Shown piece after piece: positions 61,563 through 64,000 of a stretch of 64,000 nt of DNA. The translations under genes were made by a program, and so were the position numbers. The stretch is from assembly GCA_964234715.1 (NCBI GenBank), contig OZ174277.1. One strand, 5' to 3'. The notes beneath the pieces are model-generated. The model was not told the DNA's origin and ran no database searches. It worked only from the letters and a program-made list of their open reading frames with translations. This stretch comes from Podarcis melisellensis (taxonomy: Eukaryota). The stretch's first letter is position 1, and every line of letters begins with the position of its first letter.

Positions 61563-62697
61563 TACAAGGGTATCAGAAGCCACTCTTAAATTTATCCTGC
61601 CCCCATGTATGTATGATCTACAGTACAGAATAATGGTACTGGAGTACCCAGAGCTGGTCCACCCATGAGGCAAGGTGAGGTGACCACCTCAGGTAGCAGG
61701 ATCTGCAGGGTCAGCAGATCCCTAGGTAGATTTTTATTCCTCACCCTTATTCTTGTTGTAGATCTTCACTCACTTCTTCTTTCCTGGCAGGGAAGGAGAC
61801 CACTTTGCAGTTTGCATCAGGTGCCAAAATGTCTTGGGCCTGCCCTGGGAGTACCTTACCAGATCAATTGTTGTGCTCAGTACAAGCAGTGAGGCACACG
61901 CTCAAGGAAACAGGAGTAAAAGCAAAATAGTTCTTGGAAACAAGATAAGGGAAAGAAAACATTACAGGGGAAGGAGTTTGGCATTAAAATGCAACAGATT
62001 TTCAAGTAACTCAGATTTGCAAGGATTGGGGGTCCTGTGGCCCTCCAGCTGGACTGCGTCTGAAGGACTGGTCTATACATACAGCAGAATGGAATGCACC
62101 AAGAAGTGAGTGGTGTCACTTTTGAATACTTGCTTTTAAAAAAATCCTGCAAGCAGAAGACAATGCATCGGAGAGAAAGTTTTTTGTCCAACTGCATTGG
62201 CTTTCTGTTTGCAGAGAGGTTTAACAGAGCAGTGTTGGGAAAAAGCTAAACAAGTCTGAAATACACAGTCCCCTGTAGTACAGCTTTGTTCTGCTACATA
62301 TGTGGACCAGCCTTGAATGTACACAGCAGAGAGCTGCAGCCTATCCAGTTCTCTTATTAAGACTGGTGAGATTTGGGTCTGACTCATTCCTGTGAACAGT
62401 TTGACTTGCTTGGGGTTCTTTTTTACAGTATCAGTTGCAGTTACGGGGTGGGCGGGGAATGTACAGATCATTGCATCTTCTAAAACCTGTCCAACAAAAG
62501 CTCATGAAGCCTCCTAGAACTTAAGGAAATAATGGATCTTCTGGGGAAATGAATTACTCAGTTACTTCGGATGTTTGTTAATCCACACTCTGTTTCTACC
62601 AAAACATCATCTCCCAGTACAGTACTTAACCCACATGGAATAATTCTTGACTGACTCCCACTGAAGAGAAGAGAAACACAATGTATTGACTACAAAT

Positions 62698-62703
62698 TTT
62701 ATT
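62698..62703 (-). terminator. Possible poly(A) signal of an upstream same-strand gene
   Basis: AATAAA on minus after an AT-rich UTR-like tract, with a GT/T-rich downstream element. Confidence 0.4.
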
Positions 62704-63967
62704 TATACAAAATATAAAGAGCACTTTAAAGTTTTAGAAAACAAAAATAGTCTCAAAAAAGGAAGGATGAGAACAGAGAACAGATCCTGAGCACTGTATT
62801 GGAGCAAATCAAAGTAGACAATTGCTTTTGCTTTTACACACACAAACAATTGGATTTCATATTAAAAACTTGGTGTACAAAGTAGAAAAACTATCAACAT
62901 ATATTTTCTTCCAAAAATATTTAGAAATATATAGTACATATTCTAGTGCCTAAATAGACACAGGCAACACATGTTGGATTCGAAAAGGGTTCAGTGGAGA
63001 GCCATCTTCCTAGTTAGTGTTGATGCAGAGAGTGGCACAGGCTGGATGTGGAAAGAATATGCAGGCTACACATTCCCCAAACTGCCTTGTCTCATTACCT
63101 GCTCATGCACCTATGCACTTATGCTAAGCAGGAAAACAGCTAAACTGAACAATGAGAATTGGAGTGCACTATATAACTCTTAGGCAGCAGATTATGCCCT
63201 TAATGTGGGAAATATTTTAGAACTTGTATGGTTTTAAAGAACCACTTCCAACCAGGAGCCAAAAATACAGAAGCAGTCAAGAGTCCCAAACAGGGTTAAC
63301 AACTAGGATGATGCAAGGACACAAACTGTTGCCAGTATGTCATGGGTTATATACTGTGAGCAAGCGGTTTGGATATATAGCCTAAGCATTCATTTTACAC
63401 CCGCTGGCTCAGTTTATTCATCTCATATATACGTCTCAAGCTTTATTGTGGCAAGGAACCTTTAGGTCAGCCTTCCCCAAATTTGGGTTACCAGATATTT
63501 TTGGACTACAATTTCCAATCATCCTTAGCCAGCAGGCCAATGGTCAGGAATGATGATGGCAGCTGTAGTCCAACAATATTTGGAGACTCAAGATTGGGGA
63601 AGGCCAAAGTTTCATAACTAACTTTTGACCATCCCCAAGTATGGTTAAAAACTTAAGGCGGATTGTTTATGTGGGAGCAAGTAAATTAGGAACAAAGAAT
63701 AGGACACAGAAGCAAGTTGAGACAACTAGTTCTCAGGAAGAAAAATTATTCCAAGAGAAGAAATTGTTCTTAATCCTGGAGAGCTAGTGGACAACACAGA
63801 CGTATGAAAAACAACAGTGATTGTACATGTACACACATGTATGTATAGTGTTACAGAATCCTTCATCTCAACTAGAGGACACACCACAGCAAAATGAAGG
63901 GGGGGGGGGAGAGCCAGAACATGGTTCTTGTCCATCATTCAGGAAACCCTCGAATTAGGCCAGCCTA

Positions 63968-64000
63968 CGCTGTGGGTTAAAGCCTCAGCGCCTAGGGCTT
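63968..64000 (+). mobile_element. Sauria SINE head fragment cut by the window end
   Basis: CGCTGTGGGTTAAAGCCTCAGCGCCTAGGG matches the head at about 27207. Confidence 0.65.

Overview
Vertebrate genomic DNA, most likely from a squamate, probably a lacertid-type lizard (inferred from Sauria SINEs, BovB and squamate MITEs). Almost the whole window is one gene, androglobin (ADGB), on the minus strand. I reconstructed 35 coding exons by hand from ATG 60484 to TAA 98-100. All introns are GT-AG with matching phases, giving 4740 nt and about 1579 aa (calpain-like domain, circularly permuted globin, IQ motif). Intron 14 holds an apparently intact 6.6 kb tyrosine-recombinase (YR) retrotransposon on the + strand (about 30205-36830). 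It has Ngaro-like coding content: Gag with zinc fingers, RT-RNase H, YR and SGNH hydrolase. Its non-coding architecture is the most unusual part of the window: (1) no split direct repeats or long ITRs are visible, and the ends are short inverted arms (GTTGCG...CGCAAC) around a near-duplicated 5-bp core; (2) a roughly 340-nt multi-stem structured RNA follows the last ORF; (3) three tandem CTCF motifs and a YY1 motif lie in a CpG-rich 5' leader; (4) phase-matched splice sites would fuse the Gag N-terminus to either YR or SGNH. Also present: a hammerhead ribozyme motif in intron 28, RFX X-boxes in the ADGB promoter and introns, two notable Cys substitutions in ADGB, and many SINE, LINE and MITE relics. 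Comparisons with human ADGB come from memory, not from a run alignment.
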